A DNA stretch of 64,000 nt, from positions 744,001 through 808,000 of the forward strand of contig CT867985.1 in the NCBI GenBank assembly GCA_000165425.1. The letters are read 5' to 3'. This document shows positions 1 to 20,378 of this stretch, piece by piece (position 1 is the stretch's first letter; the number at the start of each line of letters is the position of its first letter). The notes under the pieces were generated by a model, which was not told where the DNA came from, made no database searches, and saw only the letters and a program-made list of their open reading frames with translations. Both the position numbers and the translations under genes were made by a program. The DNA is from Paramecium tetraurelia. Lineage: Eukaryota.

Positions 1-158
1 GGTTTTTATACATTTATACTAATTTAGAGATCCATATGTAGTTGAAACAACTCAAACAAGATCAGTAGAGTCCTAAGATTATCACAGAAAATGCTATTGT
101 TATCACTAACACTAAAGAAACAGACACTTCTCAAAAACGAAATACTTAATGTTGTTGA
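1..158 (+). CDS. 3' end of probable Rab-family GTPase (partial)
   Basis: After a 26-nt intron (2-27) reads ..IHMQLKQLKQDQQSPKIITENAIVITNTKETDTSQKRNTQCC*. The terminal CC is a Rab geranylgeranylation motif; the G-domain is outside the window. Confidence 0.55.
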
Positions 159-223
159 ATTGATTATAAATCATATAAGTTTATATATATATCAGTAATA
201 AATTTTATTATTTTTACAAATTA

Positions 224-1075
224 ATGAGATAAAATAAGTTAAATAAATAATCACCTTCATTAAATACAAAATAGAAATAATATATTGAATAAATATCATA
301 CAACTGCATCTTAGAGAAAATTAAATTTATATAAATTGGAATAAATGAGGCTATAAGAAACAATAATTTAACACTTATCCAACAGCATTTGAATCAATAT
401 CAATCAGACTTGCAATCCATCCTAGACTTTTTAGTATAAAATGAATATACCAAAGTAATCAAAGACTTAGAATAAATGAAGGAATAGAAGAAATAATTAA
501 GTGTTAAACTTGAAGCTTTAGAATTATAAAATTTACTCAGAGACAAAGATCCTGAGTACTTGGCAACTCAAGTTTAATCATTGATTGAGTAGAATAAAAA
601 GCTCTCTGAAAAAGTTTAAAAATTTAAGTTAATTGCAGAATAGGCTTAAGAATAAGCCTTAGAATCTTTGGAAATCTCTAATCTCAATTAGGCTTTATTT
701 CAATAGATTAAATATGACTCTGATCAGCCTAAACAATCTAATCATGCTTGCTCAAATAGCAATGGCAATTTGGAAGTTGTTCAATTGCAATTAGATGAAA
801 AAATTTAAGAAATAGAAATGCTAAAATTATAATTGGATGAGTTGGCCTAATTATAATAAAAATAATATAATGATTACTAAGAAGAATTGGAACACTAGAA
901 AATGTGGATCAATTAACTTTCTAACAAAGTATAACTTTATGAATCCTAAGCAGATTAATAAAGAAATAGATATGAAGAAAAAATTATGGAATTAGAAAAT
1001 AAAATATAACAATATGAAAGTTTTGATGAAAATTAAACTCAAGAATTGCTATAATCTTTGGTTGATTAAAAGTGA
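224..1075 (+). CDS. Hypothetical coiled-coil protein (283 aa, intronless)
   Basis: ATG 224 to TGA 1073-1075 in one frame; Q/E/K/L-rich heptads. Confidence 0.8.
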
Positions 1076-1150
1076 AAATGTTTATTATATATCTATAAAA
1101 AATTACTTAATCTAATTTTTAAAGTATTATTTTATTAATTATATAAAAAA

Positions 1151-1806
1151 ATGGGAGGAAGAAGAAAATCGAATAGAATGCCAAAAAAAGAAAAAGTTTA
1201 ATCAATTAAAACCATATTTGATTGTGCTCTTTGCGGCTATAAAAACTGCGTAATTGTTAAAATGTAAAAATAAAAAAAAGAAATAGAAAAAAAATAATTA
1301 AGATTGCAGAATTAAATTGTGATAAATGTTAAGTTTCCTTTCATACTAAAATCAAAGGATTAGATGAGGCTATTGATGTATATCATAAATGGTTGGCTGA
1401 ATTGAAACAAAAGAAACTTACTAAAGAATAACCAGAAAACAGATTTGATGATAACTCAAGCGGAGATGAAGGTGCCGGAAGAAATGTAGAAGGTAAAAAA
1501 TAATGATATGGCCTTAATTTAGAAATTCTTAAGGACTAAGGAGATGATGATAATAAATCTTAATTTAGCGCTGATTCATTAGATGAAAAAAATCCATAAT
1601 AAACCAATCATAATGAGAAAAACACAAAAGGCAAACTTAAGAAGCAACACTCAGATGATGGAAATAATGAAGAGGATGATGACGATGATGATGATGATAT
1701 TTCTGATGAATCAAAATTAGACTCTGAGAGAATTTCAGATATAGATAGCCTACTAAGTGATGCTGATGATGCCGAAGAAATTATTAAGAAATTTAGAAAA
1801 CGTTGA
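1151..1806 (+). CDS. ELF1: Transcription elongation factor Elf1/ELOF1 with acidic C-terminal tail
   Basis: MGGRRKS..TIFDCALCGYKNCVIVK..NCDKC..LDEAIDVYHKWL (two CxxC, DVY..W). Introns 1264-1286 and about 1493-1522; D/E-rich tail. Confidence 0.9.
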
Positions 1807-2083
1807 TTGTATATCATAATGTTTAAAATGTCTAAAAGAGCAATTTCTATCTGATTTAATTCTTTTTCTGCTAATTTATTAGTACCATTATTTTAGAGAA
1901 TTCCAAATTTTTAAATGGAGTTAATTTTGAAATTATCCAGAATAGATTCCTTTTTCATTTCATGAATGTTTTATTAATTGTAATTCGCTAGACTTATTTT
2001 GTCAAGGCTTAAAAAATAAATTCTCTAAATCTAATAATTTAGGTTTATATAAATTAATTTATTTGATATATATTATATTTATT

Positions 2084-4624
<2,541 letters not shown>

Positions 4625-5046
4625 GAATTTTTGAATTTATTTGTTTGATAAATTTCCAATTTTGACATGCTTCCTGTTCATTTGACTTTAGTTTCAAATA
4701 TCTTATTATGTTATTCTTAGTAGATATTAAAAAATAATGTAATCAACTACTTAAATGCATACCGTTATTTTTACTTCAATTGATTATATATTATGCAAAT
4801 GAGTAAAGAAGGGGTATTCTTCGTATATTTGATTTGTAATTCAAATTATTGTAAAATAATTGTATATAAAATTGAGTATCTTTTTGAAAAGTATAAGGAA
4901 TTTGAATGTGAGATTAAAGACACATGATTATGAGTTCAAAAATAAGAAAAGGCCGAAACAAGGGGGGAATATACAGTTATAAACAACAAAAATTCGGACA
5001 GTGAATTTGCCTAATTGTATTAAATTAGATTAATACATATTAATTA

Positions 5047-9054
<4,008 letters not shown>

Positions 9055-9115
9055 ATTTAACTCCTTGTATTTTAATATTATCAATAAATATTTATTATTA
9101 TTAAACAAATGGTCT

Positions 9116-12100
9116 TCAATATATTTAACTCTTTTTTTGAGTAAATACTTTTTATTTTATAATCTACACTAAATATAAAATAATACAGAAGAATTTAGAG
9201 GATTAAAATTATTGGGCTTAGGATTATATAGGCTTGTTGAATCTCTTGTTCTCATTTAATTTTAATTTGACTTTTAGAATTGTGACTCATTCAAATTGTA
9301 TTCAACATTAGCAAGATTCCTATAACTACTTGCCCCTTTGAGTCTTTCAGTCAACTAGTAATCAGGTTTAACTGAAACTCTATTCCCTTATTCATATTCT
9401 GCCATCTAAAACATCTAGATATAATAACTGTACTTTTAATATTAATTCATTGTTTTTATTTTAATATTCTTCTTTCAAAGTTGTTTACCTCAATAATTCT
9501 TGTTTTACTATACTTAATTAATTCTACAACTCAATCAAAAATTGTTAATTGCTAAATTAATGAAATATAAATACTCATCTTATCTAGCAAATTAAATCTT
9601 AGCAAGCTCTTAATTTTAAATTTATTGCTGTTGACTTGCAATGTAAATAGACAGCTATTAGATTTCATCATCTTTTTTATGGATAATTTCTTAGACTTCC
9701 ATCATCTTTTTATTGAAATGTTCATGAAGCTCTTTATTTTCAATTTTTTTTTCTTCTTCAAATTATTTTAAGGCATTTTCTAATTTAGTACAATGTTGCA
9801 TTAATTAAGACATTTTTTCTTGTTATACATTATTTTCTTGTATTTATATTTAATTTTCTTTGAAATTGGTTTAGTATTAATCGATTTTGACAGAATATAT
9901 TTGTATGTTTTCATTCAGTTTCCTAATTTCATCATTCTTTTGTCTTATCAAATCAGATAATCTTTTGATTTCTCTTTGCATTTCATCATTCTAGATTTAG
10001 ATTTATTTACATGTATTTTTGCAAATTAAATTTTCTTATTCACTTGATTATAATTTGAATTATAATTCCTATTATAATTATTAAATCTATTGACTATATT
10101 TTGTATCTTGGCTTTTTAATTTAAATTCATAATCTTGTTTGCTTAATTCAAATTCTCCCCATTGTCTTTTTACCTGGTTTTCTGATTCATTTAATTTGCT
10201 CTTCAATTCACTAATCACTTTTTGTGAATCATTTTTCATTTTGTCTCTTTGTTCATATTAACTGATCATCTATTAATAATATTTAATTTCTTCCTAAGAC
10301 TTACTATTCTCCTTAATCTTAAATTACAAATCATCAACAGTGGATTACAATTCATATAACTATGATCTCATTTTTGTATTTTCATATTTCATTTTTTCAT
10401 TTGCAGATATTAATTCTTCTACATTTTTCTTTTAAAGATTTAATTACTTCTCTAGATACTACATATCATCAGTTTTTAATTATAGTTATAACTCTAACTA
10501 TTATATCTTGAATAAATCTTCATCCTTACTTACTTCAACAGTTTCCTTAACTATTTTAATTTGAGATTGTAATTTCTATAACTCCAAATTACTCTATTCT
10601 AAATTCCTGATCTTCTGTTCTAATTATTAGATCTTTAGAAAATCAGAACTAGATGACTTCTTTAGAGATTCATTTTATTAATTCAATTGGAAATACAATT
10701 TTTTATTTTCTTCTCTCAATGTAGTTAATTAAAATTAAAGTTCTTAAACTTATTCAAAATCCTAATTAATAATAACAGATTTCTTAAGTTGTTCAGAATA
10801 CTAAATTTGCAATTTGAAATTTTCTTCTTGTAATTGTTAAACCGTTTTCTCCAGTTATTAAATCCTATACAAATCTTATTTTGAAGAAACCTCTGTAAAC
10901 TCTGTTATTGTTAATTATTTCTTTTTACAAACTTCCTCATAATCTTGCCTTAAGATAATCAATTATCGTTCTAATTCTTTAATCCTATTTTTATCAACCT
11001 CAGATTACACCTCAACATAATTGCGCTTTTGATTATTTAATATCATATATTCTGCCTATAATTATTGTAATTCCTATCTCAACTACTTAATTAACATCTA
11101 ATCACTTTCTGATGGGACTTCAATAACTTCTTTAACAACTTCCTTCAACACTTATTATTTCAATGAATTTAACTCAAAGTATTGATCCTTCATTATTCTT
11201 AGTTATTCTTCCAATTACTTTATTTTAATTTTATCCTCCTCAGATCCTTTGCTTTGTTCTGATCTAATAATTAAAGTGTTACATTGATTTTGAAGACTGA
11301 GATACTATTAATTCATAATGACATATTCTTATTGAAGATTTGATAAGGATTGCTCTAATTAAATAATTCTTTCTTTTTCTTATTAATTTTCTACTTAAAC
11401 ATACTCTTTGATAACTTCATTCTTCTTCTGACTTAGTAAAGCATAATCTTTCTAAAGGTTTTCAACTTGCAATTCTAATTGCTGTATTCTTTTTTTATCT
11501 TATTTTTATTATTTTGAAATAAGGATTTCTCTTTCTGAAAATTTAAGTTTTTCAATTTCAATCTATGTTTCCAAATCAAAACTTTATGTCGATTTAATGT
11601 TTAATTAAGCTTCTTGTTCTTTGATCTTAATTTACAATTGATCCAATTAAAATTACAGTTATTAAATCTAATTCACTGATTCTTCATTATTTACATACTA
11701 AAATTCTTCTATTTTCTAAATGTATTTTGTGATTGTCTCTTTATAATGCTATTCTTTTTGGTATAATGTATGCATTATATTTTATTATTCTTCTACTAAG
11801 GCCTCTAAGTTATGAATGGTCTTTTAATCGTATTCATTTTAAGTTTTATAACTAAGATACTAGCTGATTTAATTTCGTAATTCTTGATGTTTGTATCTCA
11901 AATCTTCATTTTATGTCTGCTATTCATAAAACCTCTCCTACCAAAGCTTAACTTGAATATCATGCTCTTTCATTTGCTATTCCATTTAGCGAATATCTCT
12001 TTTTAATTTTTCTGTTTATGCTTCATAATTATTGACTTCTAATTAAGTTTAGAATTTAATTCTACTTTCTTCATAAGATTAAGGTTTACAATTAATTTCA

Positions 12101-13391
12101 TTTTGTAAAACAACATATTTCTCATTGATACTTTTGATTTCAATTTAGAAATGATGTTCTTAATCTTTCAACCTCTTAGTGTGTTGCTCCTCCTAAGATA
12201 TTAATTCTTCCCTTAGTCTTTTAATCTCCTCTTATTGAGAGTCGATCTACTAAAGTAGTTATTCTTCCTTTAAATTGTATATGTTAGTTTTGTAAAAGTC
12301 ATTGTCTTTTTGTTCTAATTACAATTATTCTATTTCCTATTTCAATTTAGAAATTTCATTTTTATATTGTTGATTATCTATTTTTTATGAATTCAGTGTT
12401 TGGGTTTAGAATTACTCTAATTTTTATTTAATAATTTGTTATTCATAAATTAATTAAGATTCACTTTGTTATTTCTACTATAATTCTGCTTTTAAGTTGG
12501 TAATCGATTTGGTTTATTAGGTGATCTGATCTTTCAATTAGGATATGATTTCTAGATTAGCCTAGGATTCATCATATCTAGTTTTATACACTAATTATTA
12601 ATTTTCTTTTTCTAGAATAATTAATTTGTTAGATAATTCATTCTTCATTATTTCTAAATTGTTATACCTTTATTGCCATCCCGAGATCTCTGCAGACATC
12701 AACTAGTTCTGACTTCTGAGTTAATCAATGTCAGATTTGAATTATTGTTTTTATTCATTCAAAGCTTTTTCTAATTTTTCTTAACTACTATTATAATCAT
12801 CAATCAAAATTTAAATATCTTCCTCCATTTCTTTTATTTTTCTCTGATACACTGAAGCATTCATATCTGGTATTTCAATAGTCTAAGTTAACCGGTTTTC
12901 TTTGAATAACTTCAGTTCTGCCTCTAGATTCTGCTTTTATTTGTTTAAGTCACTAATTTACTATTACAAATTTAAATTATCTATAAAATTGCTGTCATAA
13001 AATACCTTGTTAAATTTTTTAAACTTGCCTATCAGTTGATTATTGAGATCCAAATTGGTTTCTGATTCTCGAGAGTTCCTATTGGGCAGCCGATAACTCA
13101 ACATTCATGAGCAATTATTTTTATTTTAACTCATTATTTTCTATTTGGAAGGATTTAAGTAACAAATTCTCTTTATTCAATTGCTCACATAAATCTCTAT
13201 AATGAGACAGCTCCTACTTCTGCTCTTCTCTTCTTCGTTATTCTGAAGGTCTTTCATCGTACTAGGAAGATTTTCTCCCACTGTTAGGTAAAATGTCATT
13301 CCCATTAATACTGATTGAGTAGTATATATAATTACTTAATCATGTATTTCTCATTGATATTTGGCAGAGGATTCAGAAGTTACTATTACAT
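9116..13391 (-). CDS. Very large (~1390 aa) coiled-coil protein, probably cortical/cytoskeletal
   Basis: Continuous minus-strand Q/E/K/L-rich frame from MQQQLLNPLP to ..KKSQIY*, with a few short introns. Confidence 0.85.
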
Positions 13392-13432
13392 AAATAAATA
13401 TTATTTATGTTATAATATCAATATACTATAAT

Positions 13433-16306
13433 TCATGTTAACTCAAATCCTGTGTTTGAACTAATGGCTTTAACTAATTTTTCCCTGAGAATATCTCTAT
13501 TTCTATAGTCAGGCAATTTTAGGATATTAAAGCAAGTAGAAGCAGTTGGCAATTTCTACATTTCACTCTGATGATGAATGGGCACTTTCTGAATCATAAA
13601 CGGAGGATCCAGACTTTTAAATCCCTTTCTTGTAAATTATTCAAAATACCTAAGTGGGAGCTCTGGAGCACGAAGAGAAGAAGAACAAAAACTAACTCTA
13701 CTGTTCATATTCGAAGTCATTCACAACGCTCCAAAAGTCCTCAATTGTCTTGTCATAAGGTTGGTATCCCTGGTACTTGGTATTCGAAATCAAATCTTAT
13801 ATATCAATGACTGGCTATCCTGATATTAACAATTATAATTCCTGATTAGTAAACAGTTTGAACTTCTCAGGATCAATTACTTGTTCCAGTCCTGCCCTAA
13901 AGATTTGGCTCTGTTCTTTTATCTGTAACAATTACTATCATACTTTTACCTATTTATTCAACCTAAAATGGCAGTACAAATTGATGTACGATATTTTATT
14001 CTCGTTTGTCACATTAATCTATCTCCCATTAGGAATCAGATCAAATTCTACAATCTACCCATAAAACTCCTGAGTAATTGAAAAAGTCAATCCAAAATCA
14101 GTTACATCTTGATTCTTGAGATTGCAAATTCTATGATATTGATCTGAATCATAAAATCGAAAATCATTAATTGTATTCGTTATTCCTAAAACCTAATTAA
14201 GAAACACTTGATTTAGGACCTTCTCTATAAGCACTCCTTCATAAATAGCCTTCCCTATTATTTTACCAATGAAGGCGTATTTTCTAAATATTTAACATAT
14301 ATTTTACTATTTCTCCTCCTACATAAATGCAGGATTAGGAATCATAGTCTTCTCTGGAGTCTCGATGAATAAACCAAATGTTGGATCCAATGCTTAATTA
14401 ACTACTCTTGTTATAAACTCTTTTGTCACTCCCCCAGCATCTATTCCATCTTCTGGTATACCCATCTAATTCACAAACTTTACATGAAACATATTCTTTA
14501 ATTATTTTTTCTCCAATTAATCAAATGCATCTTAAAATTCTTCTCCTCTCCTAATCACAACCATCATGCTTTGTTTCATAATTGGCTCTCCAAATTCATC
14601 ATAAGTAAGCATAGCCAGAATGTTTCTATTGAATTATTTCTTATCCTCTTCCAAATATTAATTGAACTTCTGAATTCTTTGTGAAAATAATGAAAAAAAG
14701 GGGATGTGATTGTTTATCTTCATATTTTCGTATTTCCATTAATAAAAATTTAAAATCTAATTACGATCAAATATTTCTCGTATAAATAGTTTCAGTTCCT
14801 TATAGATGTGTTGGTTTACATTATAAGAAATACAAAACTTTGCATATTCTATTATAAATCCAAAAATTTCATTCAACTCTTGCTTTACTGCTTCATTCTT
14901 CAGAGCAATATTTCTAAACTCCTTATCATCCAATAATTAGAATTCGTTAGCCTTAAAATAACAATACACAGATATAGATTCAACAGGAATACTTTCGAAC
15001 TCTTTTAATTTTGATAAATTAAGCAAGTATTTAGTAAAATCATTATCTATGTATCTTAATTTCTACATCTATTAAATAATTTCCAATTTTCTATTTTATC
15101 CAATATTAACCAAGTAATAAATGAACTTACTTGTTGAACTGAGGTCGCTGAATTATGGTTTTTCTAATAGACTTAAAAGTTTTGAAAAATTGATTTAATC
15201 TGTAAATTAGATAAATTCTTTTTTCTTTCTTAATATTTTTAATTTCTTGTGTTCTGAATTATTTTGATATTATAAATTCTTATAATCTTGAGGCATGTTC
15301 ATTCTATAAAAATTCTACTCCAATACCTACAATAGTTGAGTTAGGATTTCAAATAACAATTCACTATTTGGAATTGTTAATATTTGTAACTTATTAAATA
15401 ACTTTCTTATTTATTGTAATTCTAATTCTGAAGTTAATATCATAGAAATAAGCTAATTATATTGCTAAGACTTTTTTATATGATTCATCAAGTCGCTAAA
15501 ATCAAATGAACTGTTCTATTCTATCATCATTACGTAATTAAATCCCAAATCCCAACTTGCTTATTGATTTCTATTTAAATTTAGATAGTAAAATAGAAAT
15601 ATTTCAAATCCTTTCTAAACTATTAATTAAGGCAGATTATTTTGCAAGATTTAGGTATCTAGTCTATAGAAATAGGCATAAAACAAATCTAAAATAATAA
15701 AATATTTTTACCTAATTAACAGGCGCTTAGTAATTGATGGATCGAAATTAATATTTCATTGATAGATTTAATAAAATTATCAGCTTATTTTGATGTCTGA
15801 ATTAAATAAAACCCGAGATAAAGGGCTTTGGAAAACTAAAAATATATTTAATTATTCGTACATGCAGCCGATTCATTAAAAATTGATTTCCCTTGAATAA
15901 GTTAAAAACAAAATTATTCTACTAAATCTACAAGCATCCACTAAACAGTTGAAGCATATTTAAAACATAAGTCTCATTGTTTTAGACATTCTTTTTATTT
16001 AAAAGAAAAAAGGGTTTTAAAAATTCTGGACATTTATTTAGTGTTATGTTGCAGACTTTATAAAATGTTTGCTATTATAGTATTTATATATACCAGATCT
16101 TTCATAAATTGAACAGATAAAGCAGTTTAGATTTTTGGAAGGTACTATTAAATCATCGATTTTTTGAGATCATTACAAATTTTTGTATTTTTATAAAATA
16201 TAAAAATTTTGGATGCCATCTCAATTTTTTTCCTTTCCAACTCCCTAGAATACTTCTCTTCTTTTTTCTACAGCAAAAAATTTGATTTATTGAATTTACT
16301 TATCAT
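13433..16306 (-). CDS. HECT E3 ubiquitin ligase (UBE3B/UBE3C-like)
   Basis: [22 protein letters not shown]-like segment, catalytic [16 protein letters not shown], terminal [11 protein letters not shown]. Confidence 0.92.
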
Positions 16307-16368
16307 TAATATATAAAAATTATATTTCAAAATTAATCAAAATATGTTTATTCTTAGTTCAAGACAAA

Positions 16369-18321
16369 TCAATTTTAATTATTTACTATAAAATCATAAA
16401 TCAATAACAATAGTTCCTTAATTTTAGCTCTTACATCTTATTTTTCTTAAATGGCACTTAACTCTTTGATATTTTATTTATATGCTTTTGTTTCAACAGC
16501 CTCCCGTATCAATTACTCGTATTTTTTCCTTTTTTGATATATCAATTGTAGCTATTGCATAATGATTCTAGGCCAAGTCTCAGATGATTCAGGTTCAATG
16601 ATGAACTTATTAGTAAAAAACACTAACTCAACTCTTTCTGAGGGCTTCTACTATTCGATATCATAGTTAAATTTATTCTTCATAAATTCTATAAACAATT
16701 TAGTTTGAGCAATTTCTTCTAAACAAAATTTCCTGTTTACTAGGATGACATTGAAATTAGAAAAATGAAGAAGTTTAAGCATTAAAGGGAAAGCCTTTTA
16801 AACTTTCGTTAATCGACAAAAAAATATTTTTAGTAGAGGAGACTACATATTTTATTTTATACATATTTATCTAATATTTTTAGCCCCAGTTTGATCACAA
16901 TCCAGGTTATTACCTATATTCTGTTTAATCTCAAAGAGCATTGTTCCAATTCTCAAAATATTACTACCAAATTCAGGGAATAATTTATGACTATCTACTT
17001 TATTTTATAATATATTTTTAATTTAATCTCCACAAATATTCCAAATAGATTAAAGAAATATATTAAATTTATCATCCCTATATATTCTTAATAATTCCTC
17101 ATAGCAATCAGAATACCTATTTTTAATCACAATAATCATTTCCTCCATTGCATTTAAAATAGATTTATTTTGATAGTGTTAATATTTTTAAATTATTATT
17201 TACCTAATTCTTTTTGGTACGAATTAAGATAGCATAGGCAACTGTAATTCCTATGAAAACTTTTGTATTTAAGGAAGAGCACATATTTACTTAATTAATT
17301 CAAAATCTGGACTAATAGTTAACATGCCTTTTTAATCTAATATGGCGAAATCCTTGCTCTTATAAGTAAACTTAATCTTTCTCAGTATTTCTGGGAAGGG
17401 AATCTATAATTCATTTAATCTCAAGATTAGAATCTTTATAGTAAAGTCCTCCATTTTTTCAAATCTATTGAATTCATGAGCTTATTGTACATTTGAATTT
17501 ATAGGTTGATATTGCTACTTTAATTTACTTTGATCCAATACCATTAGCTAAATTGATTCTCTGGACTTTTCTTGATCCATCAATTTGTTTTCCTCTATTG
17601 AGTCTTATTGCAATTCAATACAAATTGAATCCTCTGAATTTAGAAATGGCTATTAATCAAAGCAATCTATTTGATTATTGAAATAAAATGACATCAACTT
17701 GATGTTTTATACTATTAAAACAAATGTTAAAGATTTTTTTTTAATCGCATTATAAACATTAAATTCTTTTGCTTTATGAAAAACCTTCATCATTCCTTTG
17801 ATTTCCGATTAAGTAAAATCACTTAATTTAATAGATCTATTTTTGTTAACAAATTCTTCTAATAAAACCAATATATATAGGATAATATCCTCATCATCTA
17901 TGGGATTAAAATTTATATTCAATATGTCAATATCTTAAATTTTGGAATTATGTTTTGAGAGAATCTAATTCAATGCAGCCACTAATTTAGCTTTGTAATT
18001 TATTTATGCTCTTCTATCAGTTATTTTAATGAAGGCTAAAAATTATGGAAATGGAATTTTAGAGAGAATTATCTATTTTAATTACAATTTAATATTTGTA
18101 ACTTATGATTATTTAAATTGATTTTCTAAATTTTACTTTGCGAAATCTATTATTTCGTTCTCATACTCTTATTAATTATTTTCTATTCTCAAATAATCAT
18201 TAATTGTATTAATTTAAGGTTAAATTGAAATTAGATCGCTTGATTGCTGTTAATATTCTTGTAGAGATTGTTGATGAATGTTTTTTAAAAGCTTAGTTTT
18301 CAGTTTTTCTTCTTTTGACAT
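16369..18321 (-). CDS. Hypothetical protein (~650 aa)
   Basis: MSKEEKLKTKLL.. to ..LLIYDFIVNNQN*; span is a multiple of 3; no family recognised. Confidence 0.75.
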
Positions 18322-18356
18322 TTTTATCTTAATTTTAATAGTCAATCAAACTCTGA

Positions 18357-18830
18357 TCAAATAAAAGCATCATTTTAATCAAACCCTTTATTATAAAAAG
18401 ATGGAAATTATTAGGTTTTTAGAGAAATAATATAATTTGCTATCTAAATAATTATATAATTATTTCTAAATTCTGTTTAGATAAGCACTCAGTAATAATG
18501 ATAACCTTTGTGTCAGTTGTTAAACCCTCAAAGATTTTCTATAATTTCTAGTCTTTTAATTATTGCAAATTCTATTTGAATGATTTTATAATCAATAGCA
18601 ATAACCATTGATTCACTATGTCTTTAGTCTTAATAATAATACATTATATTTATTATATTAAAGTTTTCACATAATAAATAATTTAATTTTACTGCTCCAA
18701 AATTTAAATAAATCATCAAAATTGAATTGTATACAAAATAATATATTATTACATTAAGAAATATAAACAAATAAATCTGATTGGACTCAGAATAATTAGG
18801 AATAAAATATTTCTTAGTCTGAATCGACAA
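18357..18830 (-). pseudogene. Possible decayed gene remnant
   Basis: Protein-like minus frame (..DIVNQWLLLIIKSFKQ..GFDQNDAFI*) without a clean connected start. Confidence 0.25.
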
Positions 18831-19095
18831 TATGAATTGAATGTTTTATTAGAAATTCAGTTAACTTAAGAATAAATTAAGTATTGAGTTTATATTATAT
18901 ATTAATAATATAAATCTCATATAAAGACTTAATTTTATCAAAACATATTTAACAGTTCTTATTATATTATAAGGTGTTCATTTGCTGATAAAGTGTAATT
19001 TCTACTCTAAGGGTATTAGTATCTCTTACTTTCAGTATCTTTGTTGTTTGAATTAATCGAATATTTATTATCTGAGAAATATTTTTAATTTATCT

Positions 19096-19569
19096 ATGAT
19101 TTTATCTGAAAGAAACAAGCCTAACATGCTTTTGCATAGAAAATACAAGCAAATTTCATTATCTTAAGTTTTGAAGAAGCCACTTATAATAAAATCATTA
19201 CCACCGATATTGGTTATGTCTGTTTAGAAACCACTGAAGAGCAACAAATAAAAATCAGAGAATTTTTAATCACAGAGACTTTCCTAACCATCTATTTTGA
19301 ATAAATTTAATGGCCTTGGAGCAGTTGGTTAATCATATACACCAATTGAAAAATATCTTATATAATAGCAGATAGTTTTAATGAACAGTAAAAAAATAGA
19401 CATTCAAGATAAAGCAAAATAAACTAGTTATAGAAAAATAAATGTTAAACCTCTACAGATTATAACAAAAAAATGTTGTACAGAGGAAGAAATTCGAATT
19501 GATAAACTTAATAAATGGTCTTAGACTACCTTTGATGAAGACTAGTTACTTGAATATTTAAATAACTGA
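19096..19569 (+). CDS. Hypothetical protein (157 aa)
   Basis: MILSERNKPNMLLH.. to ..LNKWSQTTFDEDQLLEYLNN*; single frame. Confidence 0.7.
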
Positions 19570-19654
19570 ATTAAATGAATTAAAAAAACCTGATTTTTTT
19601 TGTATGTATGAGTCTTTTTATAATTATCAATTATCGAATTTTGATATTTATTTA

Positions 19655-20324
19655 ATGAAATTGCTAATAACAGTACTTTTGTGTTTGAGTGCTTACGCCT
19701 TTACAGATTAAATGATGTCTTTAGAAGAACTGGCAAAATTTGACATCAAGAGTGTAGATTGTGCTAAGAGTGATCAAATATCTTTGGTTGAAAAACAAAT
19801 GCAATAATGGGAAGACTTATTAAAACATTAAAAAGCTATTTCTCATGATATCAAAATATTAAAATCTATGGAACATCTATTATCATCAAAGTCAAATTCA
19901 TTTCTAGAAGTTCAAACCTAAGTTTCTGGAAAAAAATTGATGAAAAAATTACACAAGTTGGAATTGCCATTAACAAAAAGCTAAATTGGATTAGTTTAAG
20001 TGCAATTATTAAAAGATTAATGCAAAGGCTTAGATTCAGAAAGTAAATTGAATATAACATACATTAGATCCTGAGGAAAGAGCTTAGGCAAAAAAGGAAT
20101 TGTGCAAACTGTTAAAAGAGTACGTTAATAATCTGAATAACTGTAAAAAACAATGCTCTAATTCACCTGTGACAGTTATCAAGATTAAAGGTTAGATTAA
20201 AGACTTGGAAATCATTAGGGATAACTGTTCAAGTGGAAAAGTTAATGGAGTCAAAGTTATAACACTAGATGGTGAAAATCAAGAATACAATGTAGCATCA
20301 GATGGTACAGCTGAAAAACAATGA
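19655..20324 (+). CDS. Secreted helical Cys-containing protein
   Basis: Signal peptide MKLLITVLLCLSAYA, internal SFLE motif, one intron near 20043-20067. Confidence 0.8.
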
Positions 20325-20378
20325 TTATTAATAAATATTGATAAAGTGAAAGAATGTTAAGCTCCATTATTTTATTAA

